From NCBI RefSeq assembly GCF_001194135.2, contig NC_068986.1, positions 93,869,200-93,903,979 on the forward strand: DNA of 34,780 nucleotides. The letters are read 5' to 3'. The DNA is from Octopus bimaculoides. Lineage: Eukaryota. Within the stretch, counting starts at the first letter, position 1; every line of letters starts with the position of its first letter. The translations under genes were made by a program, and so were the position numbers. This document shows, piece after piece, positions 23,210 to 33,885 of this stretch. The notes beneath the pieces are model-generated. The model worked only from the letters and a program-made list of their open reading frames with translations. It searched no databases and was not told where the DNA came from.

Positions 23210-23375
23210 AATATACTATTCCGTGATAGAAAGATCAACGAAAAATGTCCTCCATCTGGTGAGAGATAAACATTATTTATTTAAAGGACACAATACATAT
23301 CTTAAAGTGCTACTAATAGTTTCATATATTGAGAAAAATCTCAAACATTTCATCAGGCACAAACCACGTCATAAT
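23210..23375 (-). mobile_element. Penelope-like pseudo-LTR / retrozyme-like monomer fragment
   Basis: Clearly homologous to the reverse complement of the 200-bp monomer at 32489-32688; carries the hammerhead motif. Confidence 0.75.
23307..23360 (-). ncRNA. Type I hammerhead ribozyme motif, core intact
   Basis: Minus strand GUGC CUGAUGA aauguuugaga uuuu ucucaauauau GAAA cu auu ag UA GCAC: stem I GUGC/GCAC, conserved CUGAUGA and GAAA, cleavage triplet GUA, short stem III. Confidence 0.78.
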
Positions 23376-23631
23376 GAACTAAAAAAAACATAATAAGACA
23401 ATATGTGTGTGTGTTGTATGCGTGTGTGTGTACGTGTGTGTGTGTGTGTGTTTGTGTGTGTATATATATACATATATACACGATAAACGGCGCCAAATTG
23501 TTATGATCTTTGGACGTTGACCGATGAGGAATTAGCTACGATTTTTCAGTTTTTTTAGTGAAATCTTCTGTTTGCCGTGTTTCTGTTAAATCTTTGAAAT
23601 ATAAGTACACACACACACGCACACACACACA

Positions 23632-23695
<64 letters not shown>

Positions 23696-25082
23696 AGCAG
23701 AAAAGCGGTTGTGTGAAAAGAATTTTTATTTATGGATATTTACATATAGGAAAAAGCGTTACCAATGAGAGAGTAATCACCATGTATATATATATATATA
23801 TATATATATTAGTTNNNNNNNNNNNNNNNNNNNNNNNNNNNNNNNNNNNNNNNNNNNNNNNNNNNNNNNNNNNNNNNNNNNNNNNNNNNNNNNNNNNNNN
23901 NNNNNNNNNNNNNNNNNNNNNNNNNNNNNNNNNNNNNNNNNNNNNNNNNNNNNNNNNNNNNNNNNNNNNNNNNNNNNNNNNNNNNNNNNNNNNNNNNNNN
24001 NNNNNNNNNNNNNNNNNNNNNNNNNNNNNNNNNNNNNNNNNNNNNNNNNNNNNNNNNNNNNNNNNNNNNNNNNNNNNNNNNNNNNNNNNNNNNNNNNNNN
24101 NNNNNNNNNNNNNNNNNNNNNNNNNNNNNNNNNNNNNNNNNNNNNNNNNNNNNNNNNNNNNNNNNNNNNNNNNNNNNNNNNNNNNNNNNNNNNNNNNNNN
24201 NNNNNNNNNNNNNNNNNNNNNNNNNNNNNNNNNNNNNNNNNNNNNNNNNNNNNNNNNNNNNNNNNNNNNNNNNNNNNNNNNNNNNNNNNNNNNNNNNNNN
24301 NNNNNNNNNNNNNNNNNNNNNNNNNNNNNNNNNNNNNNNNNNNNNNNNNNNNNNNNNNNNNNNNNNNNNNNNNNNNNNNNNNNNNNNNNNNNNNNNNNNN
24401 NNNNNNNNNNNNNNNNNNNNNNNNNNNNNNNNNNNNNNNNNNNNNNNNNNNNNNNNNNNNNNNNNNNNNNNNNNNNNNNNNNNNNNNNNNNNNNNNNNNN
24501 NNNNNNNNNATACGAAGAGAAAACCTCCCTGGGGATTTCTTACAAGCTAAAAATGGCAGTCGAAGCCTAAAACCACGAAAGAATATTCTTTCACTAAAGA
24601 CATTCGAGTGAATAAAATATAGTAAACCCTATGCTTAAGAGTTTCGCTATTACTGACCAAATAGATCAACTAATAAGATAATTTTAGCATATAAGAAATC
24701 CACATGGTGGTTTTCTCTTCGTGTACGTTTCATAAACTATCATATTTAGAAATATTTATGTCTTATTACGCATGCTAGCCACTGGTAAATAATTATTTAG
24801 TAATTAGTATCCTTTTATTTATAGATATATGTCGCGAAAAGCCTAGTTGGAGGCCCAACTATCTGAGTTCTTTTACAGGGCTAAGAAAAACTGAAGGACC
24901 GTTACAATAAGTATGTGGATCTGAGAGGAGAAGATGCTGAAGAAAATCATAATTAACTCATCCTTCTGCACCTGTGTTTTCTTTTACCCAAAGCCAAGAA
25001 CTTTTCAGTGCCCCCTCGTATTCACACATACACGCGCGCACGCAAATATATGATTGTGTGAATGTACGCGAATGTGTGAGGA

Positions 25083-25195
25083 GCAGTGAGTGGGCTAGTG
25101 GTCAGAGTGTAGCATTTATGATTCGTAAGATTGTGGCTTCGATTGTGGTATGCGTTGTGTTCCCGAGAAGGAACTTCGATCCTTTAAACGCCATT
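25083..25195 (+). mobile_element. SINE family C, degenerate head
   Basis: gggctagtggtcagagtg...gattcgtaagattgtggcttcgattg...gcgttgtgttccc parallels 17965-18060. Confidence 0.45.
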
Positions 25196-25199
25196 AGGT

Positions 25200-25242
<43 letters not shown>

Positions 25243-25304
25243 CACAAACATGCATACACATGCACACACGCACAGAGGCATACACACACATACATAGAGA
25301 CACA

Positions 25305-25336
25305 CAGAAAGAAAGAAAGAAAGAAAGAAACAAAAA

Positions 25337-25368
<32 letters not shown>

Positions 25369-25534
25369 ACGAAAGAAAGAAAGAACGAAAGAAAGAAAGA
25401 AAGAAAGGAAGAAAGAAAGAAAGGAAGAAAGAAAATAAAGAAAGAAAGAAAGAAAGAGAGAAAGAAAGAAAGAAAGGAACAAACAAACAAAGAGAGGAAA
25501 ATGTATTAAAGATAGCAAGATGGCGTGCAATCAC

Positions 25535-25567
<33 letters not shown>

Positions 25568-25646
25568 AAGAAAGAAAGAAACAAACAAACAAACAAACAA
25601 AGAGAGGAAAAATCTATTAAAGATAGCAAGATGGCGTGCAATCACA
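25305..25646. repeat. (GAAA)n/(CAAA)n tract with a tandemly duplicated ~55-bp unique unit
   Basis: aaacaaagagaggaaaa....attaaagatagcaagatggcgtgcaatcaca occurs twice, period 111 bp. Confidence 0.9.
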
Positions 25647-26074
25647 ATTTGTATGGTCAGCAAGGTAGATATGTAGTTATTAAGATTGGGTTGATGGCTG
25701 GGGAGGGACGGACGGTAAGTAGTGAGGTGACTATGTGAGAATAACGGGTGGATGGGTGAATGGATGCGTGGTCAAGGTTAGAAAGGTTCGGTAGGCGGGT
25801 GTTCGTACGATTATTGGGTAGGGCCCACCCGTTCATTGTATGTACGCCGTTAACAAATAGATACATCAGTGCTTACACGGGCCATCAACTCGCACACAAA
25901 TGATTTGATCTTTTCACCTCCCACCATTCACAACCATCAACTGTCGACCGTTTTTGTTTGTTTCTTTTCTTTTCTTTTCTTTTTTGTTATTTTGGTTTGT
26001 GCGTTTGTTGTTGTTATTGCTGTTGATGATGATGACGATAATGATGATGGTGTAGGGGATGGTGGTGATGGTGG

Positions 26075-26120
<46 letters not shown>

Positions 26121-26962
26121 AGCAGCGTTGGTGCTGATAATAACAGGTATTCATGATGTTATTATTGTTGTTGCTGTCGTTAATGGTTTTGTTATTTTAG
26201 TGTACCCGATATCTTCATTAAAGTTTCAACCGGGTACATCACACTTCATTTCTAAATAAGGCTTCCTTTCCTTTTCTTTCCTTTCCTTTGCTTTTTTCTC
26301 TTTTATTTTATCTTGTATTTTTCTATTTTAGGGAAGTCCAGCTCCCTGCCCCCACTCATACTCAGATACCCGTACACATATACGCAGCGCAAATAAATAC
26401 ATGCGTGTCTAAGTGTACGTATAACGAATATGTGTGTATCGCGCGCGTACACACACACACATACATACATACATACATACATATATACATACATATAGAC
26501 AGACAGACAGACAGACACACTGATAGATAGATAGATAGATAGATAGATAGACAGAGAGGAAACGGTGTTTCCTAGGGTTAAATAACAGTAGCATTCTTCC
26601 CTTCCATGGGACGGTCACATTAAGCTGACAACATATTATCAGTTTATCGTGCTGTTACTGCATAAATCTCTCTGAGAGATTTAGAAATGTATTATTTCTA
26701 AAATCTACCCGTGTATGTATAAACTGTGGGTATTGGAGTATCACTACCTTCTACGTGTATCTCCTATTTAGTACGGGGTATATTTTATTTATGGGGACGT
26801 ACTCCTGTATTTTTCTGAGTATTGGTTTCTTCGGGTGCTTGGATAAAATGCGGATTTTAAGTCGACCTAGTGTGCCTCTATATTAGTCTTTGGCATGTTG
26901 ATAGAGGATGGATGACTATTGTCTCAAATGTTCATTTAAGCTCTCCGCAATATATACATAAT

Positions 26963-27317
26963 AAATTAGGGAAAAGAGTAGATAAAATCCAGGCAACATA
27001 TGTTTCATAGCTAGCGAAACCTCAGAAGTAGTAAAAGTCCAAACGAGGGATAAAACGCTAGTTACTCGTCGGGCTAAACGCTAGCTACTCGTCGGGCCAA
27101 ACGCTAGCTACTCGTTGGGCCAAACTAGAAGTCCATACGCTAGCCACTCGTCGGGCCAAAGATACTTTAATCAAAAGAACTTGTTTTGATTGGGGTATCT
27201 TTGGCCCGACGAATCGCTAGCGGATTACCCCTCGTTTGCATAATTACCACTTCCGAGGTTTTTGCTAGCTATGAAGCATATGCAGCCTGGATTTTTATCT
27301 ACTCCATTTCCTAATTT
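26963..27317. mobile_element. Foldback / MITE-like element with long imperfect inverted arms and 23-bp internal subrepeats
   Basis: Left arm aaattagggaaaagagtagataaaatccaggc...gggccaaagatac pairs with right arm gtatctttggccc...gcctggatttttatctactccatttcctaattt. Unit aacgctagctactcgtcgggcca occurs 4 times in the left arm. No TSD seen. Confidence 0.75.
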
Positions 27318-28545
27318 TGGTCGAGCAAATCGACCCCAGGACTTATTCTTTGGAAGCTTAGTACTTATTCTATCGGTCCCTTTTGCCGAACCGCTAACTG
27401 ACGGGGATATAAACACACCAGCATCGGTTGTTAAGCAATGCTAGGGGGACAAACACAGACACACAAACACACGCATATATATATATATATATATATATAN
27501 NNNNNNNNNNNNNNNNNNNNNNNNNNNNNNNNNNNNNNNNNNNNNNNNNNNNNNNNNNNNNNNNNNNNNNNNNNNNNNNNNNNNNNNNNNNNNNNNNNNN
27601 NNNNNNNNNNNNNNNNNNNNNNNNNNNNNNNNNNNNNNNNNNNNNNNNNNNNNNNNNNNNNNNNNNNNNNNNNNNNNNNNNNNNNNNNNNNNNNNNNNNN
27701 NNNNNNNNNNNNNNNNNNNNNNNNNNNNNNNNNNNNNNNNNNNNNNNNNNNNNNNNNNNNNNNNNNNNNNNNNNNNNNNNNNNNNNNNNNNNNNNNNNNN
27801 NNNNNNNNNNNNNNNNNNNNNNNNNNNNNNNNNNNNNNNNNNNNNNNNNNNNNNNNNNNNNNNNNNNNNNNNNNNNNNNNNNNNNNNNNNNNNNNNNNNN
27901 NNNNNNNNNNNNNNNNNNNNNNNNNNNNNNNNNNNNNNNNNNNNNNNNNNNNNNNNNNNNNNNNNNNNNNNNNNNNNNNNNNNNNNNNNNNNNNNNNNNN
28001 NNNNNNNNNNNNNNNNNNNNNNNNNNNNNNNNNNNNNNNNNNNNNNNNNNNNNNNNNNNNNNNNNNNNNNNNNNNNNNNNNNNNNNNNNNNNNNNNNNNN
28101 NNNNNNNNNNNNNNNNNNNNNNNNNNNNNNNNNNNNNNNNNNNNNNNNNNNNNNNNNNNNNNNNNNNNNNNNNNNNNNNNNNNNNNNNNNNNNNNNNNNN
28201 NNNNNNNNNNNNNNNNNNNNNNNNNNNNNNNNNNNNNNNNNNNNNNNNNNNNNNNNNNNNNNNNNNNNNNNNNNNNNNNNNNNNNNNNNNNNNNNNNNNN
28301 NNNNNNNNNNNNNNNNNNNNNNNNNNNNNNNNNNNNNNNNNNNNNNNNNNNATATATATATATATATATATACACATATATACGACGGGCTGCTTTCAGT
28401 TTCCGCCTACCAAATCCACTCACAAGGCTTTGGTCGGCCCGAAGCTATAGTAGAAGACACTTCCCCAAGATGCCATTCAGTGGGACTGAACCTGGAACCA
28501 TGTGGTTGGTAAGCAAGCTACTTACCACACAGCCACTCCTGTGCC
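27318..28545 (-). mobile_element. SINE family A; tail truncated at the foldback element, N-gap inside its internal (TA)n
   Basis: Both halves match the reverse complement of 16560-16920; head ends agccactcctgtgcc. Confidence 0.88.
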
Positions 28546-28642
28546 TATTCAATGTAGATGGTCAACACTTTTGACACAATAAATATATTTAACGTCTCCG
28601 TCCAACATATTGAATTCTATACCAGATGTTTGCACTCTTGTG

Positions 28643-28684
<42 letters not shown>

Positions 28685-28905
28685 CGTGTGTGTGTGTGTA
28701 TGTGTGTGTGTGTGTGTGTGTGTTACATGCTTCCAGCTGTTGTCACATTCAATAGAAGTCGATTTTACACTCCAGTAATGCAGATAGCCTTGTCCACATA
28801 TACATATACATATGCATATACATACGTATACATGAACGCTTTTTCCCTCTCTAACACATACAAACACACACGGATACACTCCCGTCCTACACAAACGCAG
28901 ACATA

Positions 28906-28983
<78 letters not shown>

Positions 28984-29235
28984 TACATTTCTATATATTA
29001 TACATTTACTTCATATTATTTCTTATGCACTGATTTCAAACCCCGACCCATGTCTTCCCCTAAAGAGCACATCAATCAGTCACACATAGTTGCACTCACT
29101 CTGTGTTTTATTTGGACACAAACAAGCTGCTTGCCGATAGTCAAATAGTCAATGTTTTTAAATATGTAAGTCTACCTATACACATGTTTATAGGTACATA
29201 TTTGCACATACATACATACATACATACATACATAT

Positions 29236-29815
29236 GTACCAGTGAAGACCTCAATAAAGTGTAAGCACAACAGACGTGATATAGTGATTTCGGATAGAGA
29301 AGAGAAACTGCGCACAGTTGTGGAAATTAGCTGCCCAGCGGATGTTAATATAAAGCTGAAGATTAGTGAAAAAGAGAACACCTATCCTGAACTATTGAGA
29401 AATCTGTAGTTACTCTATCCAGATTATAAGTTAAGGTTTATGCCTGTAATTATTGGGGCCCTGGGATATGTAACACACTGCCTAAATTCCAATCATGAGA
29501 AATTAGGCTTCTCAAAACCAGAAAGGAGAAAGCTAATTCGAAGACTACAGATGCATGCCATCACTGGAACTGTAAAAATCTGTAAAACCTACCAGAAGTT
29601 TATTATTTAAATATATATGAGCATGTCTAGATATGCAACTATATGCATGAGAATACAAACATAAAACATGCATACATACAAACAAACAAAAATACACTGT
29701 TGTTGATGTTGAAATTCTAATGAAAGAGCCTTGGATCTAGGTTAGAAACCGGTTCTTCCTCTACTGGCAAGAAATCTTGAAATAAACTGAATAGTCACAT
29801 ACCTACATACATACG
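29236..29815 (+). mobile_element. RLE-type (R4-like) non-LTR retrotransposon, 5'-truncated 3' end
   Basis: One frame 29236-29610 with a single stop: HNRRDIVISDREEKLRTVVEISCPADVNIKLKISEKENTY...PVIIGALG...GTVKICKTYQKFII* (RLE R(P)D...E.S.P.D...K..KY motif); 3'UTR then tacatacatac tail. Confidence 0.9.
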
Positions 29816-30106
29816 TAGATTTTTGCATATATACATATATGTGTGTGAATCTGAGCATGTGTAAGTAACTACTGAAACAGCTGTGAGTGGATGAAGTGCT
29901 AATAAGCTTACAAGTATACTTTTAGTAAACAGACATCAACTTTGTTGAGTGCATAGACTCTGTCGTTTAAGCAAGGGAGGACTCTCCGTGGTACGAATAC
30001 GAAAACATTTCGACTAGCTTCGTATGATTCATGCCAGTATTTCACGAGGATATATGACCGCTCATCTTACGTAGAAAGAGAAAATAAGAAAGATAGAAAG
30101 AAAGAG

Positions 30107-30141
<35 letters not shown>

Positions 30142-30850
30142 AAGAGAAAGAGAGAGAGAGAAAGAGAAAGAGAGAGAGAGCAAGTAACATTTGTAGAGTT
30201 ACTAATGGAAAATGCTATAACACGTAGATTTTCCTGGTTGACATACCAGTACATTCGCTGGCAGCACGTATTAAAATACTAAAATACAGAGACTGCTGCA
30301 TCAATACTCCAAAAGCCAGTCCGCACGGAAAGAAGCGAGAACGAACAGCCCTAACAGATCAAGTGTGTGACACGAAACAATTCCCAGACGAGATAGAGCA
30401 AGAACCGCCGTGCATTGCAGTAATCCAGCCTCTGAAAACTGGTTCGAATACGATCAATTTCAGAACAGCTTCTAAATAATAACAATCGACTCAATCGAAA
30501 GTTTTCGATTATGCCAGCTTGATCAGAGAAGTCAGCATTGTTCCGAGCACTCTTTATGATGAATAACATAAGGTAGTGGTGGTCTACACAATCAAACCAC
30601 CGATAAATGACAACCTTTTCGCTAACACCACAGAGCAGTAGCAATATTTAAAGTTTGACAAATGAAGTCGTACTATACAGAGTCGTCTTCCAGAATTTTC
30701 TCTTGTAAAGACAGAAGATAGCAGACGATGTAGATATGAAAAGGAATGGAGGCAACAAAAAAGATAAATGAGAATAAAACATTAAATATGGAGTAAAATA
30801 ATGTTATTTCAAGAAACTATAATGCTTATATTTTAAGAAACTACACACAC

Positions 30851-30960
<110 letters not shown>

Positions 30961-31376
30961 AGGCATTCAAATATTTTACATATATCTTCATATATATATG
31001 TATACTTATGTTTAAGCATGAATGTCTACATGAATACAAACACGCACGCACGTACTCTCTCTCGCTATCTCTCTCGCGCGCGCACACATGCACACACATA
31101 CAAAGAAAGGAAGGGGTTTAGATTCGCATTGATTTGAGAAAAATTCGAGGAGAAAACATAAGATTAGATAGGTGTGTATATTGATAGCAACTGAAGTAGT
31201 TGGGTCATTAAATTTGTTGCAAATTGGATGACTCATTGAGAAAAGATGTCTTCCGTACAAACAGCTGAGGAAAAGGAAAAACTATGGCGATAAGAGAAAA
31301 GCGTGAAAATACAAAGGAATAATCTCCAAGAGCAACGACGACACACGTACATACACACTTAAACACGTACACACAC

Positions 31377-31436
<60 letters not shown>

Positions 31437-31691
31437 GGCATGCACGAACACTCACACATGCACACATACAAACGCAAACTCAAATCTACGTGTGTATAGA
31501 TAAATAGAGAGAACCCTTTCTGTTGCTGTGACAGTTTTCCATTTTTTATGTAAATTTTATTGGAATTGTTTCCAAATTTGGTGTACCGATTTAGTTTTGT
31601 ATGCTAATTATCTAAAGGAAATTCATTTTTGCTATAAAATGCTAAAGAAAACATGAATAGCTTTTAAAGTTTGAAACTTACGGATTATTTT

Positions 31692-31739
31692 AGCCAATCG
31701 AAATCCACACACACAGATTGTGCATGTTTCCATAGTAAC
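31692..31739 (+). promoter_or_regulatory. Candidate NF-Y CCAAT box plus RFX X-box
   Basis: agccaatcg at 31692-31700; gtttccatagtaac at 31726-31739 fits the X-box consensus GTTNCCATRGNAAC exactly. No transcript evidence. Confidence 0.45.
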
Positions 31740-31824
31740 AAGCGAAGCTGTCGTCTGCTACCCGAACCACAATGATCACTACGTGTATTTTCTTTTAGCC
31801 TGTGTAATTTCTTTGATGACGAAT

Positions 31825-31943
31825 TAAACCCTAACCCAACCATAAACTCTAACACCAACCTTAAGCCCTAAACTTAACCCCAAACTTAACCCTAAACCCT
31901 AACCTTAACCTGAATCCTACCTCTCAACCCTAAATCCTTACCT
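31825..31943. repeat. Degenerate telomere-like (AACCCT)n hexamer tract
   Basis: taaaccctaacccaacc...aaacttaaccctaaaccctaaccttaacc. Confidence 0.75.
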
Positions 31944-31945
31944 AT

Positions 31946-32002
31946 AAGGCGGTGCCCCAGCATGGCCGCACACCAATGACTGAAACAATTACAAGATAAA
32001 AG

Positions 32003-32003
<1 letters not shown>
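31946..32003 (+). mobile_element. Isolated 3' tail of SINE family A (or its partner LINE)
   Basis: aaggcggtgccccagcatggccgca...aatgactgaaacaa matches 16921-16965. Confidence 0.75.
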
Positions 32004-32077
<74 letters not shown>

Positions 32078-32497
32078 CACACATAATTAAGAAATCCATA
32101 CCTTATGTTAATAGATAGAATACATGTAGGCAGATCCTGAAAGAGTGCAGAACCTGTTCCCATCTAAGATCCCTAAATCTCTACTGAACTCTAGGTCTGA
32201 AATTTTCAGCGGTTGCAAGCATATGTATAAATATGTTTTGAAGAATTGGAAAATTTCGCCCATTTCTGATTAACTTGTTGATATCTTCCCAGCCTTATAA
32301 CTTAAGTTCTAAGGAGGATAACTCTTTAACCTTTTTTTACTTTCTACTTTTTTTCATTTTAATTTCTGTTTTCGTTTTCCGTTTTTCGTTGAAACTTTTC
32401 TGTTTTTAACCTTCTGCGTTTTCTCTATGCTGCCTTCTCAGTTTTTTTTTATGTTTCTTCCCTTATTTAATTTTTTTTAGTCTGTTGTATGTGGTTT

Positions 32498-32552
32498 GTG
32501 CCTCATGAATATTTTTGTGATATTTCACAACATGTGAAAATATCAGTAGCAC
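32498..32552 (+). ncRNA. Decayed hammerhead motif (CUCAUGA), predicted inactive
   Basis: GUGC CUCAUGA...uuguga uauu ucacaa...GAAA...GUA GCAC; G5 mutated and stem III mismatched. Confidence 0.6.
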
Positions 32553-32697
32553 TTAAAGACATGTATTGTGTCCTTTAAATAAATAATACTTATATCTCTC
32601 ACCAGATAGTGTACTTTTTATTCTTGAATTTTCTATCATGGAACAGTACATTATGTATAAATAAATATATAAATAAATAAATAAATATATGCGGTTT

Positions 32698-32752
32698 GTG
32701 CCTCATGAATATTTTTGAGATATTTCTCAACATGTGAGAATATCAATAGCAC
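32698..32752 (+). ncRNA. Decayed hammerhead motif, second tandem copy, predicted inactive
   Basis: GUGC CUCAUGA...uugaga uauu ucucaa...GAGA...AUA GCAC; both core strands mutated. Confidence 0.55.
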
Positions 32753-32800
32753 TTAAAGACATGTATTGTGTCCTTTAAATATATAATACTTATATCTCTC

Positions 32801-33099
32801 AAATGTCCATTTAAGCTCTCCGCAATATATACATAATAAATTGGGGAAAAGAGTAGATAAAATCTAGGCAACATATGTTTCATAGCTAGCGAAACCTCAG
32901 AAGTAGTAAAAGTCCACCGAACCTTAACAACCGATGCTGGTGTGTTTATATCCCCGTCAGTTAGCGGTTCGGCAAAAGAGACCGATAGAATAAGTACTAG
33001 GCTTCCAAAGAATAAGTCCCGGGGTCGATTTGCTCGACCAAAATTAGGAAATGGAGTAGATAAAAATCCAGGCTACATATGCTTCATAGCTAGCAAAAA
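32801..33099. other. Composite templated insertion copied from 26926-27041 (+) and 27259-27434 (-)
   Basis: 116 nt with 3 mismatches and 176 nt with 4 mismatches (counted by eye), joined by a 7-nt filler. Confidence 0.9.
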
Positions 33100-33184
33100 T
33101 ATATAATACTTATATCTCTTTTTATTCTTGAATTTTCTATCATGGAACAGTACATTATGTATAAATAAATAAATAAATAAATAA

Positions 33185-33233
<49 letters not shown>

Positions 33234-33885
33234 CAACCCGACAACGAACATATGACGGCAAAATTTTGCAGCAGACCATCTATCATATCCACTTACTAAA
33301 GACATCCATTTACAAGCAATAGTTATCGGAAGATAAATGTAGATTAAATATACGGTAACCGATATCGTACATATATTTCCATTACAATATTTCCAGTACA
33401 TAGCTTTCCTATTGATGCAATACATTATTTTATATGTTGTTACTCAGAAATAGTTATGTGTCGAATTCATTTCAGTAGGAATTGCCATCCATAGAGTACG
33501 ATGATAACTACAGGCGATACATTTAAAGACGGCTATTCATAAATGAAAGTACAGTTTCCTTGCATCTTAACATAATAATACAAGTAAATGAATTTTGTTT
33601 CACTGTTGATTCCATTCCTTTTGGTTAAATACATATTACAACAATATACGCACATGTACATAAAGGTATATATATATAAATATATGTGTGTGTATCTGTG
33701 TACGTGTGTGTCTATCTGCGCGTGTGCGCGTGTCTGTATACACGTATATCTATCTACATATCTAAGTATCTCTCTCTCATTTCCCCTCCTCTCTTTCGCT
33801 CTCTCTCTCTCTCTCTCTCTCTCTATACATACATACATATATATATATCTATATCTATATATATTTTTTATGCGCCTTTTTAAAA

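Larger units (their letters stand above)
32085..33190 (+). mobile_element. Penelope-like element 3' end: ORF C-terminus, T-rich 3' region and tandem 200-bp pseudo-LTR monomers
   Basis: IKKSIPY...LLNSRSEIFSGCKHMYKYVLKNWK (LNSRSE starts 32184) resembles the PLE C-terminal LN.RSE...C.H..K motif after the GIY-YIG domain. Monomers at 32489-32688 and 32689-32800 plus 33100-33185. Confidence 0.72.

Noticed and set aside
26663-26702. Two overlapping small perfect hairpins (10-bp and 9-bp arms)
   Set aside because: Short AT-rich inverted repeats are plausible by chance in 35 kb, and no associated feature was seen.
27054-27158. 23-bp repeats as a CRISPR array
   Set aside because: Units are directly adjacent without unique spacers, lie inside a foldback arm, and the sequence is eukaryotic with no cas genes.
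29874-29885. GAAACAGCTGTG as a hammerhead half-site with a palindromic stem III
   Set aside because: No upstream CUGANGA, and the cleavage-site base is G; at most a fossil.
30351-30644. 97-aa minus-strand ORF as a real protein
   Set aside because: Non-ATG start, no recognisable motif and no supporting splice structure in that frame; the length is within chance range.
31825-31943. True chromosome end
   Set aside because: The tract is short, degenerate and internal, with unique sequence on both sides.
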